A DNA stretch of 64,000 nucleotides, from NCBI RefSeq assembly GCF_006345805.1, contig NC_043000.1:20894001-20958000 (forward strand), in the 5' to 3' direction. The stretch comes from Octopus sinensis (lineage: Eukaryota). Shown here piece by piece: positions 34,883 through 49,500 of this stretch (the first letter of the stretch is position 1; each line of letters begins with the position of its first letter). The translations under genes and the position numbers were made by a program. Under the pieces are notes generated by a model. The model saw only the letters and a list, made by a program, of their open reading frames with translations, was not told the DNA's origin and searched no databases.

Positions 34883-37800
34883 CTGCAACAGAAACAAAAA
34901 TTTGTGAAAATCATTGTCACTATAGTTTTAAAGGAACAAAGGCAGGGGAATTAGTAGAAATGCTAGCCAGACACAAATTGATTTATATTACTTGATGCCA
35001 GCGCCGCCTTGACTGGCTTCCGTGCCGGTGGCACGTAAAAAGCACCCACTACACTCACGGAGTGGTTGGCATTAGGAAGGGCATCCAGCTGTAGAAACAC
35101 TGCCAGATCAGACTGGAGCAGCCTTCTGGCTTCCCAGACTCCAGTCGAACTGTCCAACCCATGTTAGCATGGAAAACGGACGTTAAACGATGATGAGAAC
35201 TACTGCTCTTGTAGCAGGGGCGAAAGAGGAAGCAATAAATCAACAGCTCTGGAAGAGGAGACTCCCTTCTGTCATGAATGACCATGGGATTGCACAATGA
35301 AAGTTGCCCTCCCAGGTACAAGTCCAGGCAAGGTTGTTTATGGAAGGCCAGCAGTCGCCTATGCATACCAGCCTCCCCTCTCCACACCACTGATGTTAAC
35401 CAAGGGAAAAGCAAAGGCTGATACAACTCATATCTACAGCTGAATGAACTGCAGCAATGTGAAATAAAGTGCCTTGCTCAAGAACACAACACGCACCCAG
35501 TACGGGAATCGAACTCACAACCTCATGATCGTAAGCTGGACACTGTAACCACTGAGCCATGTGCCTTCACAACTCTATAATGTTGTTAATTCATTTGCCT
35601 ATCCTTTGTCTTGAATCTAATCAAAACATTCAAGGATTTTAAAAAACCATTCAATCACAGGAAATTTAAGATATTCTCAGTGTTAGTTAAAAAAGCACAT
35701 CACAATTAATTCAGCCAAGCGAATTCATAACATTGCTCCAACGGTACACATAAAAAAAAAAGTAATGAATATAAAATAACAATAAAATACGACTTATTTT
35801 TATCTTAGTAAATTGTAACTGAAATCTGAAAATACTTCAATTTATTACATAGCTCATGAAGGAGTACCATCTTACTTTGAACCAATGAGGGAATCTCTTA
35901 AACCAGGGGTCAGCAATGGAGCCTGACGTGAACAATTAACGTATTCTCAGTGATCCTCAGACCATTTATAAACATTTTTTTCAAATTTAATGCATTTGTG
36001 AGCCATTCAGTTGTTGATGGGTTTTAGACAGCCTTTTGTGTTACTCTTACTTGTTTCAGTCATTTGACTGTAGCCATGCTGGAGCACTGCCTTTAGTTGA
36101 ACAAATAGACCCCCAGGGCTTATTCTTTGTAAGCTTAGTACTTATTCTATCGGTCTCTTTTGCCGAACCGCTAAGTTACGGGGACATAACCACACCAGCA
36201 TCAGTTGTCAAGTGATTTTGGGGAACAGACACACAAACATATACACACACACACACACATATACGACGGGCTTCTTTCAGTTTCCGTCTACCAAATCTAC
36301 TCAAGGCTTCGGTTGGCCCAAGGCTATAGTAGAAGACACTTGCCCAAGGTGCTATGCAGTGGGACTGAACCCGGAACCATATGGTTCGTAAGCAAGCTAC
36401 TTACTACAAAGCCACTCCTACGCATATAAAATTTTACATAAACACTGCTTTTAATAGAAGGGAGGAGGAAACAGATACACAGGGACCTTTTAATATGTAA
36501 GATTATGATGTGATATACATGTGGCCCACTGATGAAAAGTGAACCATTTCAAAAAAAAGTTATGGATTCCTGTTCTACAGGGCCACTCAACCTATTAAAA
36601 CTAAAACTCCCTTAAATCACATTCTACCTTCTTAAAAAGATACATTAGACAAGGATAGTTATAGTAAGAATGCCTTTATCAGTCTTCTTGACCTGCAGCT
36701 AAACAACAAAGGCCTCACCTGTTTGATGGCAACAGTTGCACAGAATTTCTTTTCGTTGATTGATTGTAAAACAGCATTTGTTCCACGATATGCACCATTT
36801 ACTATTTTTACAGTTTTACCTGAAATAATTGCAGAAAAAAAGAAATAAATACACAAAACTTCTTTGACAGTTAAAAATAATAATAATAATGAAATTATTG
36901 TATACAGTGCTCAGGTGCACCACAACCCGTCAGAAAGTGCATATAAAGTACATGCAGTAATGTAGAAATGTCTGGAAAGTGAACATGCTTGTGTGTGTAT
37001 GGAGGGGAGAAAATCAAGTGTAGTGTTGTGTGGAGAAGTATCATGAATGAAATATACATGATGGCAGAAAGAGTTTTGAATCTGCAGAAGAAGAGCAGTT
37101 AAACATAAACCTGCATGACTTGTAGTAGTAAGGTCAGATGTGAAAGTACAAGGCCTCACAGATAGAAATACATACAGATGGGAAAATACTCTTCCAGTAA
37201 ACTAATCCAAATAATTCTAGCAGACAAAATTAAAATAACCACCATAAGGTTTTGTGCTACATTGCAAATCCATTTGCCAATGACTGTTCTGAAGTCAATC
37301 CATTCAAGAAAATTAGTTGTTTTTTTTAGTTTTTTTTATTTGTTTCAATCATTTGACTGTGGCCATGCTGGAGCACTGCCTTAAAGGGTTTTAGTCAAAG
37401 TAATCGACCCCAGGACTTATTCTTTGTAAGCCTAGTACTTATTCTACTGGGCTCTTTTGCCAAACTGCCAAGTCACAGGGACATAAAGACACGAGCATTG
37501 GTTGTCAAGCAATGGCAGAGAGGCAGACACACATAAATACATATATATATTTATATATATGATGGGCTTCTTTCAGTTTCCATCTACGAAATCCACTCTC
37601 AAGGCTTTGGTCGGCCCAAGGTTCCACAAAGTGGAACTGAACCTGAACTATGTGGTTGGGAAGCAGCTGATAGGATAAAAGCATCCCAACACTCACACAA
37701 GAGAGGTAGGCTCTTTATTCCATAGCTTCAACAAAACATGTAGGAGATCAATTATTCTGATATAAAACTGACAGAGAATGGAAAGATTTTGTTTTTTTTT

Positions 37801-40393
37801 GTGTCTAGTGAGATAGTTACAGTTTATGTCTTTGCACAGAAAGTTCTGGAGAATAAGAACTAGGGAGAGTGATTAAAGCAGTCCTGGTTTAGATGATGTA
37901 CACAAGCGCACACACACATGCAATATGAGTAACAAGAGAAGTGCTTGAGTGGTTTTGAACATGAAAACAGCCTACCCTGAGAAGCAGAAGCTACAGTAGC
38001 AGAGGAAGAAAAGGCTGAGTGGAGACATATATCTGTAGGCCAGAGGTAGGATTGTGTTGGTGAGTGACTTCATGTCAATCAGTCATCTTTAGGTGCAGTT
38101 TAACATGTCCATATCAGCAGCATTATCCAATACACTATTATGAGATGACAGCCTACTCTAGTTTCAGTAACACAGTAAATGCAACCAACCATCAGCTAAC
38201 CAAAGTATGCTGTTATTAACATCACTCTCTCAGCTATGTCTGACATGCAAAGTACCAAAACAAGATATAGAAATCCCTTGCCATATCGCGGTTTATAATT
38301 TAAGGTTACATCAATTCCTCCGTGGTGTTGTTTTGCATTTATAATAAAATATATATATACACTAATTATAAAAATATATAGTACAGTACTGTATCTACTT
38401 TGCAGATTTTCACCTATCACCGGGGGTGGGGGAACATAACACCCATCATAGCCGAGGGCTTACTGTAATGCATGATCAAAAAGACAATTGGTTAGACTAA
38501 AGACCCATTCACCAAAATGGCTGGAGAATGTAGTCCAAAGTACACTATTCCTGAACTAAAAGCCTGCCCTGGGTTAAAACAACAGATATTGAAATGAGCC
38601 AGAAAGAGAGAGCCTCTATATCATGGGTTCTCAATGTTTTACCTATGGACCCTTTCGAATACTATTTTATTCCAGTGGACCCCCATAGCCATTTGATGCT
38701 TAAAAGCTAGTTTTATAGAAAATTCTTTTAAAATTCCTATTTTGTTTTCACACACTAACTTGTGTAGATTGAACCGTGTAAAGTGTTGGAGAAAGAAACC
38801 CAGCTGTTTCTTGCAAGACATACCAATACATACATCTAGAGCAAACTTTTTTCAGGAGCCCTTAAAATACTATTGTGGATCCCTAATTTACTATTTTGTT
38901 GCATAGAACCCCATAAATCTTATATGGACCCTGGGGGGGGGGGCGATAGGGACCCCGGTTGAGAACCACCGCTCTATATGGTCAGTCAACCTGCTAGAAA
39001 TGGCAGCCAAATCTCTCACATCATATTCTAACAACTTAAAAAAAAGGAAGGACACATTCAGGAATGTAATCCATGGTAAGTAGTAATGGTCATGGCTGGA
39101 AAACCTTTTGTTGTAGATCAATTCAATCGAAGCTGGCCCAGTGAAGCCCAAAAGCAACAAAAGATATTGAAGCGATGATGAAGAGGTGTAGTAAAAGATT
39201 ATATTTTGTCAGAGATTAGTCTCAGAAGAAGAAATGTTTAGGAAATCTGATTAAAGAGGAAACACATACCAAGAGCAGGAATCACAGTTTCAAGATGGCT
39301 CTGATCAAGCCTCACTTTGTCTCCAGTATCCAACATCTTCACAACAGCCATAAATAAATTTTCAACTTGCTGTAAATAAATACACATACGATGAATTATT
39401 TGGTAAGAATCTCATTCAATTAAATATGAGGTTAATTCTATTTTTTTTGCAGCCATGCTGGAGCACTGCCTCAAAGAGTTTTTAGTCAAATGAACCCACC
39501 CCAGTACAATTTTGTTCTAAGTCTCTTTTGCTGGACCACTAAATTACAGGGGATGTAAACAAACCAACACCAGTTAGAAAGTAGTACAAGGGGACAACAC
39601 AGACACACACGTGTGTGTGTGTGTTGCATTTTTCATGCTGGCATGGGTTGGGCAGTTTGACTGATGTCTGGAAAGCCAGTGGCTGCACCAGACTCCAATC
39701 TGATCATGCAATGTTTCTACAGATGGATGCCCTTCCTAATGCCAACCACTCCGAGAATGTAGTGGGTGCTTTTTACATGCCACCGGCACAGGAGCCAGTA
39801 TGGGTGTTAAACAATGATGATGATGATATGTGTGTGTGTGTGTATATATATATCAGGTCATCCTATAAGTTCTGTCCGAATTTTGAATAAAGCAAACAAG
39901 TGATCAAATGTTATATTTAATCAAAATTTAATCATCAATGTACTTTCCCTGATTATCTATGACTTCCTTCCATCTATTTACAAGCTTTTTAATCCCATCA
40001 ATGTAAAACTCTGAAAAATTAGAATGTATAAGCACAGGGCATAAACTGGATTGCCTCGTGTAGAAATATAAATATTTAATCTAAGGTGTACCTGCTGAAG
40101 AAGACTTCGCCTAGCAAATTATTTTATTTGCTAAAAAATAGTCTGAAACCATTGGTCCAGGAGTTAGATGGTAAATGTTTTCATTTTTCATTCCTTTCGA
40201 AATTTTATCCTTAATAGTGGTTTGGAATTTAACTGTCCTCTCTAGCGTGCAAGGAATCCTATGATGGATACCTCTTGTGTGTTTAAATGTACACTGTATT
40301 TATATGAATATATAGTCTAATGACTAAATTTTTACACACTATGCCACTGGTAATGGAAATTTCAAATATTTCTGATTACCCTTTGACATTAAT

Positions 40394-40439
<46 letters not shown>

Positions 40440-43400
40440 CATACATACAAAGTACGGGGGTTTAGTTCACAGGTGATCTGAATGATTAAGTACACTAGTT
40501 AAGTGCTGTAACGAATTACTAGGACTCCAAGGTTATAGCCAAGATGGTAGTTATGGGGCCATTGCAGATTTCAAATGGAGCAGATATATAATTGCTAAAG
40601 AGGACAACAAACGTTAAGGCAAGGCAAACATCTCAAGTTGTATACATTAACACACACACACATCATCATCTTTGTTCTAACATCCACTTTTCTATGTTTG
40701 CATCAGCTGAACAAAGTTTGAGGCAAATTTTCTACTGCTGGATGCTCTTCCAGTCACCAACTCTCACTTGTTTCTAAGCAAAGTAATATTTCCCCATGAC
40801 CAAACATTTTTACAGGACATTGGAAATGAATGACGAAGCTTGCATGACAGTGACTCTCAAAATTATCACACAATGTCAAAACAAGACAAACACACACACA
40901 CGTATGTGTGAGTGTGTGTGTGTAGTCAATTCAAATAAACGGATAAAAAATGAAAAAAATAAGTAAAAAAACAAACATGGGGACATGCACAAGAAGTAGA
41001 TTAGTTTGACGCTCAGTGAAAGGAGGGAGTTTAATGTTTCGAGCATAGCTCTTTGTCGGAAAGAGAGAAAAGTCAAAGAGAGAGAAGTACTCGCCAACAG
41101 GCCATGTGTGTATCTGACTTGAAAACAAGAGTTGGTATCAGGAAGAGCATCTGGCTTTAGAATACTACCTCAAGAAATCTCATCAAACCATTGTTAACAA
41201 GGGAAAATGTAGACATAAATACCAATGAATGTAAAAAGATATCAAATAAAATAATAATAAAAGAATAGCTACCTTAACCACAGCTTTCCTTTTGTAGTAT
41301 TTATCCCCAAGTTTTTTGGTTATAACCTTTACAACAATCCCCTCGTCGAGCCAGTTGTCTTTACGATTCATCTTTTCTCGTTTCATTTCTTCAAACTGAA
41401 ATATACAATTGACATTTATTGTTCACTAATCATAAAGTAAGATAATCAAGAATGTTAAATAGCAATTCTTTTATTTCCACCTAAATATATTGCTTCTCAT
41501 CATCATCATCATCGTTTAACATCTGCTTTCCATGCTAGCATGGGTTGGACAATTTGACTGAGGACTGGCAAACCAGATGACTGCACCAGGCTCCAATCTG
41601 ATCTGGCAGAGTTTCTACAGCCCTTCCTAACGCCAACCACTGAGAGTGTAGTGGGTGCTTTTACATGCCACCAGCACGTGGGCCAGTCAGGCAGTACTGG
41701 CAACAGTCATGCTCAAATGGTGTTTTTTACGTGCCACCTGCACAGGAGCCAGTTCAGTGGCACTGGCAATGACCTCGCTTGAATGCTTTTTCACGTGTGC
41801 CACCAGCACAAGTGCCAGTAAGACGGTACTGGCAATGGCCACACTCAAATGGTGTTTTTTACATGCCACCTGCACAGGAGCCAGTCCAGTGGCACTGGCA
41901 ACGACCTTGCTCGAATGCTTTTTCACGTGCCACCAGCACAAGTGCCAGTAAGGCAACGCTGGTAACGAGCACGCTAGAATGGTTCTTTTTAGGTACCACC
42001 AGCACGGAAGCCAGTCAGCTGCTCTGGCAACAATCATGCTCAGATGTAAACATCTTGAAAAATTAAATACAGTTAAAATATATATATGAAAGTAAATAAA
42101 TGAAGCTTTAGGTTTTCAATCTAAAGTAAGAAACCATTCATATAAAAAAAAATTTTTTAATTATTAAGAACAGAATCGATGATTCAACAAGATAATAAAA
42201 TCTGTAGTATTAAAATTTACATAAGTTGTGTTCATTTGTGTATTTAAAATCAAAATAGCTTAACCAAAATATATCTAAATTGTCAAGATTTACATATATG
42301 TTTACATTGATATGTATTACTTTATAAGTATATATCATATAGATATATATGCACACAAATATATATCCTTTCATTAGAGAATGATAAGGATTAAAGAAGA
42401 AATATATGCAGCTATTTTAACCCTTTCGTTACCAACCCAGCTGAAACCGGATCTGGCTCTGAGTACAAATGTCTTGCTTCCAAAAGTTTTGAACTAAAAT
42501 CTTCCACCAAACCTTAGTCACAATTTATGTTCCTAACATTAGCTGAATGATAACTAAGTTATTTTACTAAATTCTTGTTATATTTAAAGTAATTGAAAGA
42601 AACACTGAATATCTCAAAATAAATACAGTAACAAGCAGGTTTATAATGAGTGTAATTATTGGGAAAAAAGTAAATAACACTAATTTGCTGAGCCTTACAA
42701 ATCCTTTGAATAGAGGAAACAAAGGAATTGTTTTTCTAATAAGAATTGTGCAACTTCCAAATTGATCCCAGCAATCAATATTGCATAAATATAGGTGGAA
42801 ACACCAACCTGTAATCTACTTAACTCTGTTCAATGAACCTTGGCAGGTGAAAGTGTCATGACAATAGGCAAAACCACATTCACAATGTATATATTATAGC
42901 ATCAGTCAACTCCATCCTAATTCATGAAATAATAGTAATATCATCATCGTTTAACGTCCACTTTCCATGCTAGCATGGATTGAACAATTTGACTGAGGAC
43001 TAGCGAACCAGATGGTTGCACCAGGCTCCAATCTTGATCTGGCAGAGTTTCTACAGCTGGATGTCCTTCCTAACACCAACCACTCCGAGAGTGTAGTGGG
43101 TGCTTTTACGTGCCGCTGGCATGCATGCCAGTCAGGCGGTACTGGCAATGGCCACACTCAAATGGTGCTTTTTACATGCCACCTGCACAGGAGCCAGTCC
43201 AGCGGCACTGGCAATGACCTCACTCGAATGTTTTTTCACTTGCCACCAACACAAGTGCCAGTATTTTTATGAATTTTTTTTATACTGAATCAACTGCTTT
43301 TTATCAAATTCTCTAGTTTCTAAATAGATTGGGAAATTTATACAAAAAGAAAAAAAAGCAATGCAAAACTTAAAGACAAAACCCATTCACATTCTTATAA

Positions 43401-46400
43401 TTTCTATTTCACAAAAATTCCAATATCTCCTTTGCTAATTGTTTTGAGATTTGAAACATTTCTAGGGGAGTTCTGTCTTCTAATTGCATAGATAATCTCA
43501 CGTTTTCCAACTCAGTATATATGTAAGGCTCCACATTATGTATATTCAATATGTAGAATGCTGTCCAGGGGTGCTTCCCCTCAACCATATTTGTTTCTTA
43601 CCTTCATAATGTCATCAAGAGCAGAAGACTTTCTTTTAGTGCCACTTGCAGATGCTAATTCCTTTGAAGATTTAGTATCTGGTTGAGGTAATTTTTTCAA
43701 GATATTATTCTTCAGTTCTGTTCTGGAAATAAAAAAATTTTTTTTTTTTTTAAATTATAGAAATAAACAAATGTGGTTAAGTGGTTTGCTTCCTAACCCC
43801 ATGGTTACAGGGAAAAGATAGGGGAAGAAATATGAAGTTATAGATACTCTTTTACTTGTTTCAGTCATTTGACTGTGGCCATGCTGGAGCTCCGCCTTTT
43901 AGTCAAGCAAATTGACCCCAGGACTTATTCTTTGTAAGCCTAATACTTATTCTATCGGTCTCTTTTGCCAAACTGCTTACGGGGACGTAAACACACCAGC
44001 ATCAGTTGTCAAGTGATGTGGGGGGACAAACACAGACACACAAACATACACACATACATATATATATATATACGACAGGCTTCTTTCAGTTTCTGTCTAC
44101 CAAATCCACACACAAGGCTTTAGTCGGCCCGAGGCTATAGTAGAAGACACTTACCCAAGGTGCCACGCAGTGGGACTGAACCCGGAACCATGTGGTTCGT
44201 AAGCAAGCTACTTACTACACAGCTGCTCCTATGCCTAGGGGAAGATGCCTTCACAAAACAACAGGTAAGGGAAGGGTGAGTGCACATACATGTGTGCATG
44301 CAAGCAGGGACAGACGGACAGATAGTCACACACATATACATGAATACACACACAACAGGCTTCCATGTATTTCCTGGCAACCAATTCGAATCATAAGACA
44401 GTGGCTGGTTCAAGGCTACAGAAGAAGATGCTTACCCAAAGTAACACACAATGAGATTGAACCCAAGACCGCAATGTAACCAAGTGAACCTTGTATCCAC
44501 ACAGCCATGGCTGCACTTTTATATTGATCATGTTGAAAATATATTCATTTGAAATATAGGATCTTTTCGGTTTGAACGGCAGTTTTTAACAATTTCTAGG
44601 TAACTAAAAAATTTTAACTTCGTATACTAGTAGAATGTGTTTATAAAACATTTCTCTTGGCTTTATTGAGAAAATTCTATAGTTTGTAAGATATTTGTTG
44701 TTTTTTTTCTTCAATTTCTGCAACTTCAACCAATCAGTGATGTCTATTGAGTTAAAAAGCATTCTGAGCCGTATGAATATGTCCCTTGTTTAAGAAACAG
44801 ATTGGGTTTATTTACATTTGTGAAGAAAAAATAGATAACCTTCCCCCACCCCTAACCCTAAAAGAGATCGAAATACAATAGATCGATTCTAGGGTTATAA
44901 TTATGGGTGACAATTTCATATGACACTGCTAGAAAAAACTGCCGTTCAAACCGAAAAGATCTGAAATATAGTCATGAAACATATCAACCAAAAGCAACAT
45001 GAAACAAATAATAATGGTTTCAAACTTTGGCACAGGGCAATAGATTCTGAGGGGAGGCAGAGCAATTATATGACCCTAGTATTTAACTGGTACTTATTTT
45101 ATCAACACCAAAAGGATGAAAAGCAATGACAACCTTGGTGGGATTTGAACTCAGAATGTAAAGACAGATTAAATAATGCTAAGCATTTCACTTGGTGTGC
45201 TGAGGGTTCTGTCAGCTCACCACTTTGATAACAACAACAACAACAATAATGCACATAGCCTCATCATCATCATCATCGTTTAACGTCCATTTTCCATGCT
45301 GGCATGGGTTGGACGGTTTGACTGGGGACTAGCAAACCAGGAGGCCTCACCAGGCTCCAATCTGATCTGGCAATGTTTCTACAGCTGAATGCCCTTCCTA
45401 ACACCTATTTCTTTATTACCCACAAGGGGCTAAACACAGAGGGGACAAACAAGGACAGACATAGGTATTAAGTCGATTACATCGACCCCAGTGCGTAACT
45501 GGTACTTAATTTATCGACCCCGAAAGGATGAAAGGCAAAGTCGACCTCGGCGGAATTTGAACTCACAACATAACGCAGATGAAATACCGCTAAGCATTTC
45601 GCCCGGCGTGCTAACGTTTCTGCCAGCTCGCCGCCTTTCCTAACACCAACCACTCCAAGGGTGTAGTGGATGCTTTTTACATGCCACCGGCACAGGAGCC
45701 AGTCTGGCAGCACTGGCATCGCCCACGCTCAAATGATGCTTTTTATGTGCTACTAGCATAGGAGCCAGTCGGGGAGGAATTGCATTGATCACGTTCAGAT
45801 GGTGCTTTTTACGTTGGCACTGGAATCAGCCATAACTACAATTTCCATTTGATTGTGATTTGATTTTTGATTTTGATTTTACTTTGACTTAATAGGTCTC
45901 CTCAAGCACGTGTTGCCCAGTGATTCAAAGGTACTTTTTAAATGGGCTGGTTATGTGACACTGGTATAGGCTACGGCTGTGATCTCACTTTACACATTTA
46001 GAAAATGGGTATAGCTGATTGGATTGACACTAGTACACAGCTGGTATTTATCATATCAATCCCAGAACAAATAAAAGGCAAAGTTGCAAAGTTGACTGTG
46101 TGTGCGTGTATGCACGTGCGTACGCTCAGAATACAAAAGGATGTAATTAAATGCTTCAAAGCATCTTATTCAACACTCTTCGAATCTCGTCATCCACCAC
46201 ACCTAATAATAAAGATGGTGGTGATTGGTCTAATTAATTTCTTAGAAAGCATTAATTGAAAAATAAAGCTTTAAACTTCTATATACCTTCAGGTCATACC
46301 TTCTATATCATGATCATCAATGTTTTAACATCCACTTTTCCTTGCTGGCATGGGTTGGACATGATTTATTGAGGTAGATTTTCAATGGCCAGATGCCGTT

Positions 46401-46541
46401 TCTATTGCCAACCCACACCTGTTTCCAAGCAAAATGATATTTCCCGATAACCAGACACATTTTCATAGGATATTGGAAATGAATGACGCTCATTTACAAC
46501 AATTGCATGATGTCAAGACATAGAAACACAAACACTCACAC

Positions 46542-46595
<54 letters not shown>

Positions 46596-49500
46596 GGCTT
46601 CTTTCAGTTTCCGTCTACCAAATCCATTCACAAGTTTTTTGTTGCCCATGGTTCTACAGTGAGACTGAACCCAAAACCATGTGATTTGGAAGTCAGCTTC
46701 TTAACCTCACAATCACTGTGTCACACTGTTACACAAAATAGAGAGACAAAAAAAACTAAGATGCAAACAAAAATGAAATAAAACTGAATAGCAAACAATA
46801 AGTTTCTTACTTTTTCAACTCTTCTTCCTTTTTCTTAACAAAGGTTCCCAGGTTGAATGTTACTTTAGAAAGTAAAAAGAGAGAAAAACAGAATCAGATA
46901 AAAATGTTATGCATTCAAACTTGGTAACAGCACAGCTAAAATATTATTGAGGAACACTGATACAATTAAAATACCAGTTGTAAAGCTCCGCATGAACTGG
47001 ACTGAGCAAACCTATGATCAGAGGTATTCTTGCCAGTACCATTTTTAAGGGTAGCTGGACCTACATCAGCTAATATATCGTTTTTAAGTCAGTAGGGTGT
47101 GATTTGAAGTAAATATGGTTGTTAGATCTAGCAGGCTAAATTACTCTGAATAAGCTCTTTTATAAATTATCAAACTTGCTAATAGACAAACCTGTGATTG
47201 GTATTAGGAAGGGTATCCAGCTATAGAAACCAGGTCAAAGCAGACACAGAACCTAGCAGGGCCCTCTGGCTCATATGTTCTTGTCAAACTATCCATCCCA
47301 TGCCCCGGACCGTCGCTAAGCCCCTGCAGCCACAGGGGTTGCAGGTGACCTCCATGGTTGAGGGGCCCCATGTTAAGATCAAATTACATAGAGGAGTCTT
47401 GTATTTACTTTGGTTAAGATATTGAACAAGCATTAAACTATGTTACCTGAAAATTTCAAGAAATAAAATGCTGCAAAAGTTCTTACTATACCACGGACAT
47501 GTACCAGACTTTGTGGATTGTCTATGATAGCTATTGAACACAAATTTAACTCTCAGTTTGATTATTCTGAACTGGTCAATGTTTTTATGAAGCAAAAGGT
47601 GCACCATGTTTGTCTTTGAAAATTGCATGGATTATAAAAGTGCTCTTTTACTCATATCTGGACATTTTACTTCTTGAAATTTGTAATAGACCTAAATAAA
47701 TTTAAATTGTACTTTTAAAGCTGTTCTTTAGGATAACATGAAATATTGAACTTCAGATAAAATAAAATATAGCTATGAATAAAAGGTGTATAGATTATAC
47801 ATTTTTATTGAAGGGATGGGGCCTTGAAATAAAAAGTTGCAAGGGGCCTCTAAAAGTCATGCAACAGAGCTGCCTATGCCAGCAGGGAATAAGAGGCATT
47901 AAATGATAACCATGATGATGATGACAACACTATGACTTCCTCAACTGCTGCTGAATTGATAAAGATGATGACTAGCTGGAAAATTTAAAACACACTACAG
48001 AATAAAGCTAGAAGTAGCCAAATATAAAATTTTGGTACCTTGCTGGTTACAAAAATAGTGTTAGTTTTAGCCCCTGTCAGCACTAATGATTTAATGACAA
48101 ACTTTTGATTCAAAACTAAGAATAATATCAATGCTATTAAGGCACTACAAAAGACATTAAGATATTACTAAGTCAGTTTATTTCAGTACAAAAGCTTAAA
48201 GCGCACTGCATTGCAATCTACAGTCATTGTAATTGAAAGCTAAACATAGGTACAAGTATGGCTGTGTGGTTAGGATGTTCGTTTTGGAACCAAGTAGCTT
48301 CAGGTTCAATCCCACTGTGGACATCTACTGTAGCCCCAGGCCAACCAATGCTTTGTGAGAAAATCTGGTAGATGGAAACTGTGTAGAAGCCAATTGTATA
48401 TGTGTGTGTCATTGTGTTAATCCTCTCTCCACCACTTGTTTCCATCTGTCAAATACACTCACAGAGCTTCAAGCTGCCTGAGGTTATAGAAGACACTTGT
48501 CCAAGGCACCATACAATAGGATTGAATTCAAAACCATGTGGTTGAGGAACAAACTTCTTAACCACACGGCCACGCCTGTGCCTATCAGAAAAGGATATTC
48601 TAGAAACAAATCTAAACATACTTCTCTATGAAAACAACCATCTCTTCATAAAGAAAACACTCTTTTAAATAATCTATTCTAATCAAAAGGTGTTAGACAT
48701 CAAAGGAAAATGAATGATTGGTTTGCAAATCTGAATGATTAGAGAATTATTTTTGCAGACATAATCAGAAGAGAAAGGATAGCACCCATGGCCATTTGCC
48801 AAAGACTGGAGGGAGGAGGGAAAGAAAGCAGACTCTGCTAAAAGCACCCAAGAACCAGGTGAAGATGGTGTCAAATCAAGCAAGAGATTAAGTCAACTCA
48901 CTACATCAAATCATTAGAGATGAATTGAACTGGCACTTCAGCAGTTATGAGTGTTCCACTTGATCTGATCAACAGAACAGCCTGCTTGTGAAATTAATGT
49001 GTAAGTGGTTGAGAACACCATGGACACGCATACCAATGTTACTTGTCAGGCAGATTCAGTGTAACAGAATGTGACAAGGCTGGCCCTTTTGAATTACAAG
49101 TATAACTCATTTTTACCAGCTGAGTAAACTGGAACAACATGAAACAAAGTGTCTTGCTCAAGGACACAATGTGCTACTTGGAATTGAACTCATGACCTTA
49201 CAATCATAAGCCAAATACCCCAATCACCAGGCCATGCACTTTCACATTAAAGAGATTTCTAATAACCATACCACTGGAACAGGAGCCAGTCAGGGAGCAC
49301 TCGTAGCTGTGGCCAGTGTCCCTGACTGGCTCCTATTCTGGTGGCACATAAAATGCATCATCCAAACATGGTCGATGCCAGTGTCCCCTGACTGGCTCCC
49401 ATTCCAGTGGCACGTAAAAAGTGCCATCCAAACGTGATCAATGCAAGGGTCACCTGACTGGTTCCCATTCTGATGGCACATAAAAAGCAACATCCAAACA

